Source: Vulcanimicrobiota bacterium
Lineage (GTDB): Bacteria; Vulcanimicrobiota; Vulcanimicrobiia; Vulcanimicrobiales; Vulcanimicrobiaceae
Reading direction: 5' to 3'
NCBI GenBank assembly: GCA_963777315.1
Contig: CAVZQC010000004.1
Span: forward strand, 576,001-640,000
DNA: 64,000 bases
This document shows, one piece after another, positions 32,905-43,470 of this stretch (within the stretch, counting starts at the first letter, position 1; every line of letters begins with the position of its first letter). The position numbers were made by a program, and so were the translations under genes. The notes under the pieces were generated by a model. The model was not told where the DNA came from. It worked only from the letters and a program-made list of their open reading frames with translations, and searched no databases.

Positions 32905-33717
32905 GTGAGCTATCGCCTCGTGCCCTTGCATCAACGCTTGGCCAATGCGTTGAGCTACGGCGAATTTCAGGTATTTTATCAGCCGGTCGTCAAGGTCGCG
33001 GATGGTGCGATCGTCGGCGCCGAGGCGCTGTGCCGCTGGCCGCAGCGCGATCAGACGTATGCCACGCCCGAAACGTTCATCGCGCAGGCCGAGGCTTCAG
33101 GTTTCATCATTCAACTCGGCGAGTGGGTACTGCGCACCGCGTGCGAGCAGATGCAGCGCTGGCACCGGCGATTCGCACGGCCGCTGCGGCTTGCAGTCAA
33201 TTTGTCGGGACGGCAGTTCCTGCATTTCAATTTGGTCAAACACGTCGAAGCGGCCCTGCGATCGAGCGGGCTGGACCCGACGACATTGGATTTTGAAATC
33301 ACCGAAACGATTGCGATGCACAACGGTGAAGAGAGCGTGGGCGTGATGCGCCAGCTCAAATCGATGGGCGTGGGCCTTTCGCTGGACGACTTCGGCACCG
33401 GTTACTCGTCCCTGAGCTATCTCAAACGCTTTCCGATCGACGTGCTCAAGATCGACAAGTCGTTCGTGCGCGACATTCCCGAAGACGCCAACGATTTGGC
33501 GATCGTTTCCGCCATCATCGCAATGGCGCATGCGCTCGGGCTTAAAGTGATCGCCGAGGGAGTGGAAACCGGCGCGCAGTGGCATTTTCTGCGCGACTGC
33601 GGCACGCAGTTCGCGCAAGGCTATTACTTCGGCCGCCCGGCGCCGGCTGCCGATTTCGAATCGCTGCTGGCGGGCGAGAGCGGCGAATCCGTAGGCATTT
33701 CCGCTTCGGGCGCTTAA
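32905..33717 (+). CDS. Stand-alone EAL phosphodiesterase
   Basis: EALCRW, EITE, DDFGTGYSS, AEGVET and QGY motifs. Confidence 0.9.
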   Translation: MSYRLVPLHQRLANALSYGEFQVFYQPVVKVADGAIVGAEALCRWPQRDQTYATPETFIAQAEASGFIIQLGEWVLRTACEQMQRWHRRFARPLRLAVNLSGRQFLHFNLVKHVEAALRSSGLDPTTLDFEITETIAMHNGEESVGVMRQLKSMGVGLSLDDFGTGYSSLSYLKRFPIDVLKIDKSFVRDIPEDANDLAIVSAIIAMAHALGLKVIAEGVETGAQWHFLRDCGTQFAQGYYFGRPAPAADFESLLAGESGESVGISASGA

Positions 33718-33750
33718 ACGTGAGGTGCCTCCGCGATATGCGCAACTTGC

Positions 33751-33838
33751 GGAGAGGTGGCAGAGTGGTCGAATGCACTCGCTTGGAAAGCGAGCAGAGG
33801 TGTTGAGCCTCTCGGGAGTTCGAATCTCCCCCTCTCCG
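33751..33838 (+). tRNA. tRNA-Ser(GGA)
   Basis: GGAGAGG acceptor, anticodon arm CTCGC-TTGGAAA-GCGAG, long variable arm, T-loop TTCGAAT. Confidence 0.95.
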
Positions 33839-34174
33839 AATCGTACGGCCCCGCCTCCGAATCGTACGGCCCGTTGCCGAACTCCCGTAGAGGCTCACGT
33901 TTCAACGTCGCCAATGGCCGGCTGCGAAGCAGACGACATTGGCCTCTCGGGAGTTCGAATCTCCCCCTCTCCGAATCGTACGGCCCCGCCTCCGAATCGT
34001 ACGGCCCGTTGCCGAACTCCCGTAGAGGCTCACGTTTCAACGTCGCCAATGGCCGGCTGCGAAGCAGACGACATTGGCCTCTCGGGAGTTCGAATCTCCC
34101 CCTCTCCGAATCGTACGGCCCGTCGCCGAACTCCCGTAGAGGCTCACGTTTCAACGTCGCCAATGGCCGGCTGC
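33807..34174 (+). repeat. tRNA-Ser-derived 135-bp tandem repeat, two full copies and one partial
   Basis: Units start at 33807, 33942 and 34077, each with the last 32 nt of the tRNA. An internal CTCCGAATCGTACGGCCC duplication is present in copies 1 and 2. Confidence 0.95.
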
Positions 34175-34184
34175 CGGTAGCGTC

Positions 34185-35021
34185 ATGTCCAACATCTTGC
34201 TTCAGACGACGATTCCGTACGCCGAAGATGACTGGCACGTGGGCCGTTTTTCGATGCTGGTGCGTCTTCTGACTGCGGACGGGCATTCGGTCGTTGCACG
34301 CGACCGCATGACTCGCGCGGACGGCAGCGACCCGATGCTTTCAGCGCTTGCCGAATCGGAATTCGACCAGCTGTGGCTGATAGCGGTGGACACCGGTAAC
34401 GGACTTGCGCCGGCCGACGTGCGTGGAATCCTGCGCTTTCGTGAACGCGGCGGCGGGGTGCTCAGCGCGCGAGACGCCGACAATCGCGGCGCGTCGCTGC
34501 TCAACTTAGGGACGATCGGAACGGTCAACAATTTTTCGACGTACAATCGCCGTCCGGAGCGCCGGCGGTTTCCGCGCGCCGGCCGCAGCATACCCGAACC
34601 TGCGAGCGACAATTTCCAGGGCGATGGCGAGTTCGTGCGGATAGTCGCCGTGGAACCGGTGCACGAATTGCTTCGCAGCCCGAGCTCTCCCAGCGGTTTG
34701 GTCGAACATTTTCCGGCTCATCCGCAAGATGCCGCACTTTCGGTTCCCGGCGCAATGCCCTACGCTCGCGTCATTGCGACTTCAAGCACCACCGTCAACG
34801 GCCGCTCCTCCAACTTGGTCGTCGCGATTGAAAACGAACCGGCAGCCCGCGGACACGCAAGCGGACGAGCCGTCGCGCTTTCGACGTTCCACCAGTTGGC
34901 GGACGTAAACTGGGATAAAGGAACACAGGCGTCGAGCTCGCAGCCGAGCAAACTGGACGTTTACAAAGACTACGTTCGTAACCTCGCGCGCTGGCTTTCG
35001 CCGCAAGGCCACGCCGCGTAA
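34185..35021 (+). CDS. Hypothetical protein, possibly GATase/ThuA-like fold
   Basis: 278-aa ORF with ILLQTTIP..DDWHVGRFS and DQLWLIAVD. Confidence 0.7.
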   Translation: MSNILLQTTIPYAEDDWHVGRFSMLVRLLTADGHSVVARDRMTRADGSDPMLSALAESEFDQLWLIAVDTGNGLAPADVRGILRFRERGGGVLSARDADNRGASLLNLGTIGTVNNFSTYNRRPERRRFPRAGRSIPEPASDNFQGDGEFVRIVAVEPVHELLRSPSSPSGLVEHFPAHPQDAALSVPGAMPYARVIATSSTTVNGRSSNLVVAIENEPAARGHASGRAVALSTFHQLADVNWDKGTQASSSQPSKLDVYKDYVRNLARWLSPQGHAA

Positions 35022-35029
35022 CGCACGCA

Positions 35030-35770
35030 TCACAGACTTTCTTCAATTGCGGCCTGGGCGTGCGCGAGCCAAAAATCGAACGACGCGCGGGCTTGCGCCT
35101 CCAGCATCAGATCGCCTTTGACGATTTCGCGATGTACCTGCCGGCCCAGCGTCGATCGGGCGCCGTAGTTCGTGTCCATGACGTAATCGGCACCCAGAAG
35201 ACTCTGCACGAGATCCTCGGGCAGTTTGCTGTGCGGAGGCAGCGTCGAGATCACGATTTCCGGCGGCGTGGCGGGCCACGGGCGCGCTTCAAATCGTTCG
35301 CACACCGCCTGCACTTTTTCGAGATCGCGCCCCCAGACGAACGTGTAGGCGTCGGTCTCGCGCAGCTGCGCGAAGATTGCGCGCGCCGTCGCGCCGGTAC
35401 CCAAAACTCCGATCCGTTCGAGCGCTACGGGTTGTCCGAGCATTTGCTCCACCGCACTGCGCGCGCCGACTCCGTCCGTGTTGTGGCCCAGCACGCTCGA
35501 GCCGAAAAAAATCGTGTTTACCGCCTGCGCGAGCTCGGCGTCCTCGCTGAGTTCATCGCATGCGCGCAGGACTTCTTCTTTGAGCGGATACGTCACGTTC
35601 ACACCGGTGTACCCATCCATGCGCATGCGGCGCACGACGTCCAACCCGTTGCCGCGAGGGACGCGAATCGCGACGTAACTGCCGTCAATTTCCTCCGCGC
35701 GTAAGAACGCGTTGTGCATGCGCGCACTGCGGCTATGCGAAACGGGATCGCCGATCAGGGCCAGTTTCAC
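35030..35770 (-). CDS. aroE: Shikimate dehydrogenase
   Basis: IGDPVSHSRS, NVTYPLK, AVNT, NTDG and GTGATA motifs. Confidence 0.88.
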   Translation of the reverse strand: MKLALIGDPVSHSRSARMHNAFLRAEEIDGSYVAIRVPRGNGLDVVRRMRMDGYTGVNVTYPLKEEVLRACDELSEDAELAQAVNTIFFGSSVLGHNTDGVGARSAVEQMLGQPVALERIGVLGTGATARAIFAQLRETDAYTFVWGRDLEKVQAVCERFEARPWPATPPEIVISTLPPHSKLPEDLVQSLLGADYVMDTNYGARSTLGRQVHREIVKGDLMLEAQARASFDFWLAHAQAAIEESL

Positions 35771-36255
35771 CGCCTGCGGCGCTCCGGCAACATCACTCTT
35801 TCGAAAAAACGGAACATCATCGTAATCGCAAAGTCTTTGCTCTCGATCGGCTCGGTCAAAATCGTGTACAGGTTTCCGCTGAGTTTCGCGCCGAGCACGT
35901 CGGTGAACAGCTGATCGCCGACGACGGCGATTTGCTTGCGCGGAAGGCCGAGGTGCCTCATGGCGCGCCAAAAACCGAACGGGAGCGGTTTGAGGGCATT
36001 GGGCACGCATTCGATCCGAAGCTGCCGCGCGATTGCGCGGACGCGCTCGCTAAAGTTGTTGCTCACCATGACTATTGCAAAGCCGCGTTCGTGCGCCTCT
36101 TGCACCCATGCCAGATGCTCTGCGGCCAATTCGGTTTCGCGAAAACCGAGCAGCGTATTGTCCAAATCGACGATCAGCCCGCGGATGCCCACGCCGGCCA
36201 GTTCCCCCAGCGAAATATCGTGCAGGCGCGGAGCGAACCGGTCGGGACCGAGCAT
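35767..36255 (-). CDS. yqeG: YqeG family HAD IIIA phosphatase
   Basis: DLDNTL, SNN, KP and GDQLFTD motifs. Confidence 0.9.
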   Translation of the reverse strand: MLGPDRFAPRLHDISLGELAGVGIRGLIVDLDNTLLGFRETELAAEHLAWVQEAHERGFAIVMVSNNFSERVRAIARQLRIECVPNALKPLPFGFWRAMRHLGLPRKQIAVVGDQLFTDVLGAKLSGNLYTILTEPIESKDFAITMMFRFFERVMLPERRRR

Positions 36256-36398
36256 GCGGCTTGCGATTGCGCCAGTTTTCCCCACTATCCTCGGAAATCT
36301 CCACAGCACGCTCACCCAGGAGACACCTTTGCCGCCGCCGGACCGCCCGGGGTCCACAACTTTCGTACCTTGTGAACACCTTGCGCACAAGGAGGGTT

Positions 36399-36446
36399 AC
36401 CCTATATCTTGTATCCCGATTGACGCAGCAGTACAATCTATGGGCG
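36399..36446 (+). promoter_or_regulatory. Tandem NrdR boxes overlapping a sigma70-type promoter of nrdJ
   Basis: ACCCTATATCTTGTAT (36399) and GTACAATCTATGGGCG (36431) are 32 bp apart. Promoter TTGTAT-N17-TACAAT at 36409-36437. Confidence 0.78.
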
Positions 36447-36537
36447 GCGTTCGCCAAACCAAAGCCTTTACGAACAGGTGTTCGATACTGCTCGCTGTAA
36501 GTAACCCGTTCCTCTGCCATCGGGAGAAGGAGCCGCA

Positions 36538-39500
36538 ATGAAATTCCATCGCACGTATTCGGCGCCCGGCGACACATACGCCGGCTTGGCGTTCGAGCCG
36601 CGCACGTCGCGAATCGTCAATCCCGACGGCTCGGTGATTTTCGAAGCGGCCGACGTCATGGTCCCCACCGGCTGGAGTCAGGTCGCGGTGGACGTCCTGG
36701 CACAGAAGTATTGCCGCAAAGCCGGCGTTCCCAAAACGCTCAAACGCGTGCCGGAAGCCGACGTTCCGCAGTGGCTGTGGCGCAGCGAGCCGGCCGACGA
36801 TGCCCAGTTCGGGGGCGAACGGGATTCGCGCGAGGTGTTCAACCGGCTTGCGGGCTGTTGGACGTACTGGGGATTCAAACAAGGCTACTTCGATTCCGAA
36901 GACGACGCCCGCGTCTATTACGATGAAATGTGCGCGATGCTGGCTCGGCAAATCGCCGCGCCCAATTCCCCGCAATGGTTCAACACGGGGCTGCACTGGG
37001 CGTACGGCATCGCGGGTCCGGCTCAGGGACATTACTATGCGGATCCGGTTAGCGGTGAAGTCGTACAATCCACCAGCGCATTCGAGCATCCGCAAGTGAG
37101 CGCGTGCCTTCCGTACCACGCGCTAATAACGACGCCTGAGGGGCCGATGCCGATCGGCGAAATCGTAGAACAAAACCTTGTCGGTCAGTACGTGTTTGAC
37201 GCCAACGGCCTAACGCGCGTCGTGGCAGTGATGCGGAATGGAACAAAGCCGGTCATGCGGCTAAATCTTTCCAACGGCAATTACATTGAAGCCACGCCGG
37301 ATCATCGGGTCCTGGTTCGTACTGAGAAAACCAAGGCGGCAACTTGGAAGCAAATCGACGAATTGTCCCCTGCCGATAAGCTGATCCAAAAGACGAACAC
37401 GGCGATTTTCAAGCGTTCCGCCACGCTTGGCGACATGGCTCAGGCGTCGCTCGCAGGCTGGGTCCAAGGCGATGGCTTCCTAGGGCAGTACAAGCATGGG
37501 ACTAATCGCAGCCTCACGCTTGAGGCGATGGCAGTGACACGGCAAGAGCAAGCCCACGTCGACAAAATCTCGAGCGTTGCGTTACGTGATTCGCACTATA
37601 ACGAACGGATTACGGCGACACCCAAGGGCAACGTGCAGGTGTATCGCCGGAGGTACTACGGCGAGGTCCTTCGTCCATTCGTAGAGCGGTTTGAACTCGA
37701 GCGGCGCAGTGATTCTCTTCGAATACCGCGTGCCGTGATTTTGCTTGGGCGTGAAGCGGTGTGCGAGTACCTTAGTTCGCTTTTTCAAGCGGACGGTTGC
37801 GTTACTGGAAACGGCGCCGTAGAGTTCGGAACGGTGTCTCGAGCCTTCGCGGAGGACGTCTCCGCGCTGCTGCACAACCTCGGCATCGGGAACACCGTCC
37901 GAACGCATCGTTCGTACGATGGCATCCGCAAGCAATTCACGAAAATACGGATCGCGCGCCAGTCCGACCGTCAGCGTTTCGCCGAGCTCGTCGGATTTGT
38001 TGACGACGCAAAGACAGAGAAGCTGATGGCGACTTTTTTGCGTCCCGGCAAATGCAGCCGGCTCGAACGGCTGCTAGATGTCGTTTCGATAGAGCCGCTT
38101 GGCGACATGCCGGTATTCGATATCCAAACGCAGAGTGGCAGCTTCCTGACGAGAAACGTCGTCGTCCACAACTGCTTTATCCTTTCCATTGAAGACGACT
38201 TGGTGAACGAAGGTGGAATTTTCGACGGCGTCCTTCGCGAAGCACGCATCTTTAAAATGGGCAGCGGCAGCGGCGCGAATTTTTCGAAAATACGCGGCGC
38301 CGGAGAAAAACTCAGCGGCGGCGGCACGAGCTCCGGCTTGATGTCGTTTCTCAAAGTATTCGATAGGGCCGCAGGGGCGATCAAGTCGGGCGGTACGACC
38401 CGTCGCGCTGCGAAAATGGTGGTTCTTAACGCGGATCATCCCGATATCGAAGAATTCGTGAACTGGAAAGTACGCGAGGAGCGCAAAGTTGCCGATCTCG
38501 TCATCGGCTCGAAGATGTTCGAGAAGCAGATGAACGCGATCATTTCCGCCGCACATGATACGCGCGTGCCGCACAATGCGCGTCTGGATCTGCATCTGAA
38601 TCCGCACCTTCGCGACGCGGTCCGCTCGGCGATGAGCGTCGCCGTGCCTTCCGGTGCGATTCAAACTGCGCTGGATTACGCGCGTCAGGGCTACACATCG
38701 CTGCACGTTGAGAAGTACGACACGAATTGGGATTCGGATGCGTACGGTACCGCTTCGGGGCAGAACTCGAACAATTCGGTGCGGCTTACCAATGCGTTCT
38801 TTGCGGCGGTGGACCGTGAGTCGGAATGGGAATTGACGGCACGCACCACGGGAGCCGTCGTCAAACGAATCAAAGCGGCAGATCTCTGGGAAGAGATCGC
38901 GCTTGCCGCTTGGCAGTGCGCAGACCCGGGACTGCAATTCGACGATACGATTCAAGAATGGCACACCTGCTCGAACGACGAGCGCATCAACGCGACCAAC
39001 CCATGCAGCGAGTTTGTTTTCATCGATTCGACCGCGTGCAATCTCGCCAGTTTGAATCTGGTCAAGTTTTTGGACGACGCCGACTCGTTCGATCAGCAAC
39101 GGTTCGCCGATGCCACCCGAATCTGGACGACGACGCTCGAAATCTCCGTGGCCATGGGGCAAATGCCCTCGAAGGAGATCGCCAAAAAGAATCATCAGTA
39201 TCGCACGCTCGGATTGGGCTATGCGAACCTCGGCACTCTGCTCATGCGCATGGGTCTGCCGTACGATTCGGAAGAAGCCTTCGGCTGGTGTGCCGCCATT
39301 ACGTCGCTCATGACGGGGGCAGCATATCGCACCTCCGCCGAGCTGGCGCAGCAGACTCGGCCCGTTCGTTCGTTTCAACGCGAACGCCGAACCAATGCTC
39401 CGGGTCATCCGTAATCATCGGCGTGCGGCCTATGATGCGTCGAAGGGCGAGTATGAAGGCCTGAGCGTGAAACCCGTCACGCACTCGCCCACGCTTTTCA

Positions 39501-41203
39501 CGCAAAACGCCTGGGCGCTCGCCAGGAAGATGTGGGACGAAGCGCTAGCGATCGGCGAGGTGGCAGGTTTCCGCAACGCCCAAACCGTCGTCATTGCGCC
39601 GACCGGAACCATCGCTCTGGTAATGGATTGTGATACGACCGGCATCGAGCCAGATTTTGCGCTCGTCAAGTTCAAGAAACTTGCCGGGGGTGGTTATTTC
39701 AAAATCGTCAACCAATCGGTCGAGCATGCGCTGCGCCACCTGGGGTATAGCGAGCAGCAAATTCAGCATATTGAAACATTCGCTAAGGGCACAGGGACGC
39801 TCGAAGGCGCTCCACACATCAACCGCGCAACGTTGCGCGCAAGGGGCTTCGACGACGAGGCGCTGGCGCGCATCGACCAGGCGCTGCCGAGCGCTTTCGA
39901 ACTGCAGTTTGCGTTCAACCGATACACCCTTACCGATCAGTTCTGTAAAGACAAACTCGGCTTTACCGAAGAGCAGCTCGCAACTTGGAACTTCGATGTT
40001 TTGCGGGACGGTCTAGGATTCACACAGCAGCAGATACAGGAAGCTTCCGACGTCATCTGCGGACGAATGACCGTAGAAGGCGCACCGCATCTCAAAGATG
40101 AGCATCTAGCAGTCTTCGATTGCGCAACGCCGTGCGGCAAACACGGCTCCCGCTTCATTCGTCCGCTCGCGCACGTTGATATGATGGCGGCAGCCCAGCC
40201 ATTCGTCAGCGGGGCTATCTCGAAAACCATCAATTTGCCGCAAAGCGCCACGATCGCAGACGTGAAAGAAGCATATCGCTATTCATGGGAGCATATGATC
40301 AAGGCCGTCGCCCTGTACCGCGATGGCTCCAAGCTTTCGCAGCCGCTCGCCGCCACGTCCGGTATCGGCGGCGAAGTTCAGGAAAGTGATACGCTGCAGC
40401 CTGCGCCGTTCCAAACGCCGCTCCAGATTGCGGAGCGGATCGTCTACCGCTATATCGCAAAGCGCCGCAGACTGCCGGAACGCCGCAGCGGATACACGCA
40501 AAAGGCCGTTGTGGGCGGCCACAAAGTGTATTTGCGCACCGGTGAGTACGACGGCGGCCAGCTGGGCGAAATTTTCATCGACATGCACAAGGAAGGCGCG
40601 GCTTTCCGTTCGCTGATGAATAATTTCGCCATCGCCGTCTCGCTGGGCTTACAGCATGGAGTTCCACTCGAGGAATTCGTTGAAGCGTTCACCTTCACGC
40701 GGTTTGAACCCAACGGCCCCGTTGTCGGCCACGATCACATCAAAATGGCGACGTCGATTCTCGACTACATCTTTCGCGAACTTGCCGTCAGTTATCTCGG
40801 ACGATACGACCTCGCCCACATTCAGCCCAGCATGGAGATGGACGCTATGGGACCGCAAGTCGAGGACGACTACGTCGCCGAGGAGCCCGGCGAAGTGCGT
40901 TACGTGCCGACGGGCGTCAGAGAAAAGCTCCATCCGACGAGCAGCCATCTGCACCCGGGCCACGAAGACCACCGCGAGCTGACGCTCGGGAGCATCAATC
41001 AAGAGCATCGAGCACTCCGCGCTCCCTCGCCGGTATCAGCCGCGACGGGGGTCGCAACAGTTCCGTTAGCGGAGCAAGTCACCGCTGCCCGCGCAAAGGG
41101 CTACACCGGCAATGCATGCGTCGAATGCGGGCAACTCACAATGGTTCGCAACGGGTCTTGCGAGAAGTGCGACAGTTGCGGAGCGACGAACGGATGCAGT
41201 TGA
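36538..41203 (+). CDS. nrdJ: B12-dependent class II ribonucleotide reductase with an intein and a single frameshift at ~39355
   Basis: [42 protein letters not shown] and C-terminal CVECG...CDSCG. The two ORFs join as [19 protein letters not shown]. Confidence 0.93.
37105..38172 (+). mobile_element. Intein with LAGLIDADG homing endonuclease (356 aa)
   Basis: Splice junctions QVSA|CLPYH...VVHN|CFILS, block B ATPDH, endonuclease motifs LAGWVQGDG and LSSLFQADG. Confidence 0.95.
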
Positions 41204-41239
41204 AAGCCCCGGTTATTTCGTTTGAGGCTTAAGCTACCG

Positions 41240-41905
41240 ATGAGCGAACTCACGCGACACACTTCCCCCGTGCAAAGTCCACAAGGCCTTGCATGGGACG
41301 GTACCACGATGTGGGTGACGAGCGCCGCGAATGGCCGCCTGTATGCGATTGATCCGCAGACGTGGAGCATTCAACGTGAGTTCACTCCGCCGTCCGAGTC
41401 ATTGGGCATCACGTTTACCGGTTCGGATTTTCGGCTGATCCTGGCGCCGGCGATCGACGAACCGGATCTGGAGCGCGATCACCGTTACGTCTATACATTT
41501 TCGCCTGACGCGGGATTTACGGAGTGTTTCGTATGTCCCCAGAACTCCGGATCGTTCCTAGCATATGCAAATGGAACGCTGTATCTCTCGCAAGCTTGGG
41601 ATAAAAAACTCATCGAACTCGACGAACACGGTGCGGCGGTGCGCGAGGTGCAATTGGAGCGCCGCCCGGTCGGTATGACCATCGTCGACGGTGCGTTCTA
41701 CCTCGTGACCGTCGACGAAGAGTGGGGCGACGGACGCTTCGATCGTCTTGGCGTCGACGATGATGCATCATCGGTCCAAGCTCTTCGCTCGCTTCCGTTT
41801 AAGCCACGCAGCGTTGCATTTGACGGCGCGCAGTACTGGACTGCCGATCGCAATAACCACGCGATCGTGTCGCTTACCCTACAAGACGTTGCGCCCATGG
41901 CGTGA
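41240..41905 (+). CDS. Hypothetical beta-propeller protein
   Basis: PQGLAWDG and similar blade repeats, paralog of 51883-52548. Confidence 0.75.
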   Translation: MSELTRHTSPVQSPQGLAWDGTTMWVTSAANGRLYAIDPQTWSIQREFTPPSESLGITFTGSDFRLILAPAIDEPDLERDHRYVYTFSPDAGFTECFVCPQNSGSFLAYANGTLYLSQAWDKKLIELDEHGAAVREVQLERRPVGMTIVDGAFYLVTVDEEWGDGRFDRLGVDDDASSVQALRSLPFKPRSVAFDGAQYWTADRNNHAIVSLTLQDVAPMA

Positions 41906-41951
41906 AGCTTTCGATGACCCGTACCGTGCCATGCTTTGGTTACATGAATAC

Positions 41952-42327
41952 TGAAGCTGGTCCGGTTTGGTGGACGGTTGCAGTTTAGACATCAGGCGGC
42001 TTGACTCATCCGATTCCAGTACTCCTGTTCGAACTGTACCGGAGATATGTCCCCGATCGACGTATGCCGGCGGCGCGGATTGTACCAACCTTCAATGAAG
42101 CGGAAAATCGCAATTTCTGCTTCTCGCCGGTCCTTAAAAGCGGTGTTTGACGAGCAATTCGCACTGGAGCGCCCCGTTGAGGTTGAAGCTGTCGCACATA
42201 GCGTTATCGCGTTCCGCGGTAGGCTCCGGCGCGAGCTGGCCGGAGAAGCGCGATTTCTTCATGGCGCCTACCTTTCCAAAGGGTGCAGTTCGCTGCCCTT
42301 GAAGCATTTCATCAACGGAGGCCCACA
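41952..42327 (-). mobile_element. IS3-family remnants
   Basis: OrfB C-terminus SPVQFEQEYWNRMSQAA* followed by an IR ending ...CAGCTTCA. A separate TG-starting end precedes an OrfA start MKKSRFS. Confidence 0.65.
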
Positions 42328-42342
42328 TTGCGACACACCGGC

Positions 42343-42696
42343 ATGGTAAAAGAACTTTCTTTCATCGCGTATTACGTCCGCGATATGCCGGCCGCCAGAC
42401 GGTTCTACGGTGAGGTCCTAGGGCTTCCTCAGGGCGAGTGGTTCAACGACGAGTGGATCGAGTTCGATCTCGGAAATGCGACCTTCGCCCTCGATGGTAC
42501 GGGCGCAGAACTGGGCGTCTGTGCGGGAACGTCGGCAGGAGCCGGGTTTGAAGTGGACGACATTCACGCCATGCGCCAGCGGCTTGTCGATGCCGGCGCA
42601 CAGGTAACCGAAGTCCACGAATTTCCTCCATGCTGGGCCTGCTTCGCGCGCGATCCGGAAGGCAACCGGTTCACAGTCCACCAACGCAAGGGATGA
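42343..42696 (+). CDS. VOC/glyoxalase family protein
   Basis: ARRFYGEVLGL, FEVDD and RDPEGN motifs. Confidence 0.85.
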   Translation: MVKELSFIAYYVRDMPAARRFYGEVLGLPQGEWFNDEWIEFDLGNATFALDGTGAELGVCAGTSAGAGFEVDDIHAMRQRLVDAGAQVTEVHEFPPCWACFARDPEGNRFTVHQRKG

Positions 42697-42711
42697 AACG
42701 CCTGAGGCATT

Positions 42712-43191
42712 ATGAATAAAACCAATACGAACGATCTTGAAGAGCTGTCCTGGTCGTCGCCTTCAGGAAAATTCGCCGGCGCCGGAAAGCAGGTTTCGGA
42801 AGCGCTGGGCCGCGACCGCTCGTCGACGGACGTTATGAAATGCCATCCTTTCGACGTGGAGATCCAGCGTCTCGAGCCCGGAAAGATATCGTGCCCATAT
42901 CACGTGCACACGCATCAGTGGGAATTCTACCATGTGATCTCAGGACATGGGTACGCGCGTAACACGGACGGCAACACGCCGATCGGCCCTGGCGATGCGT
43001 TTCTCTTCAAGCCGGGCGAGGCGCATGCAATTGGTAACGATGGTGACGAAGATTTGATCCTCTATGTTGTCGCGGATAACCCTTTCAGCGAAGCGTGCTA
43101 TTATCCGGACAGCCGTAAGTGGGCAATCTACGATCGCATCATCCGTGCGGACCAGGCGGCGTCCCTCGACTACTACGACGGCGAAGAGTGA
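42712..43191 (+). CDS. Cupin domain protein
   Basis: HVHTHQWE...PGEAH. Confidence 0.85.
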   Translation: MNKTNTNDLEELSWSSPSGKFAGAGKQVSEALGRDRSSTDVMKCHPFDVEIQRLEPGKISCPYHVHTHQWEFYHVISGHGYARNTDGNTPIGPGDAFLFKPGEAHAIGNDGDEDLILYVVADNPFSEACYYPDSRKWAIYDRIIRADQAASLDYYDGEE

Positions 43192-43197
43192 CAGGCG

Positions 43198-43449
43198 ATG
43201 CTGAAACAAGAACGCGCCCATGGCGTGGTGCACAGCATGCCGGCGGATTTCCGCAAAGCAATTGAATCGGATTCTATTGCCAAAGAAGTGTGGGCTGACA
43301 TTACACCGCTATCGCGCAATGAGTGGATCTGCTGGGTGACGTCCGCTAAGAAAGATGAGACGAGAAAACGCCGGATAACCGTCGGCCTTGATAAAATGCG
43401 CAAAGGCATGCGCCGGCCTTGCTGTTGGCCAGGTTGCCCGCATCGCTGA
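43198..43449 (+). CDS. YdeI/OmpD-associated family protein
   Basis: ITPLSRNEWICWVTSAKKDETRKRR. Confidence 0.8.
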   Translation: MLKQERAHGVVHSMPADFRKAIESDSIAKEVWADITPLSRNEWICWVTSAKKDETRKRRITVGLDKMRKGMRRPCCWPGCPHR

Positions 43450-43470
43450 TCTCCAAATCATCCGCGATGT

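Noticed and set aside
33807..34174. CRISPR array
   Set aside because: The units are near-identical throughout, with no unique spacers and no cas genes
33714..34286. Repetitive ORFs on both strands
   Set aside because: They result from the 135-bp (3n) repeat period overlapping tRNA-Ser and show no coding signal
36256..36537. Cobalamin riboswitch or DnaA boxes upstream of nrdJ
   Set aside because: No B12-box, and the CACA-containing sites match the DnaA consensus poorly
33751..41203. Integrative element at tRNA-Ser
   Set aside because: No integrase, housekeeping genes follow, and I saw no distal att copy
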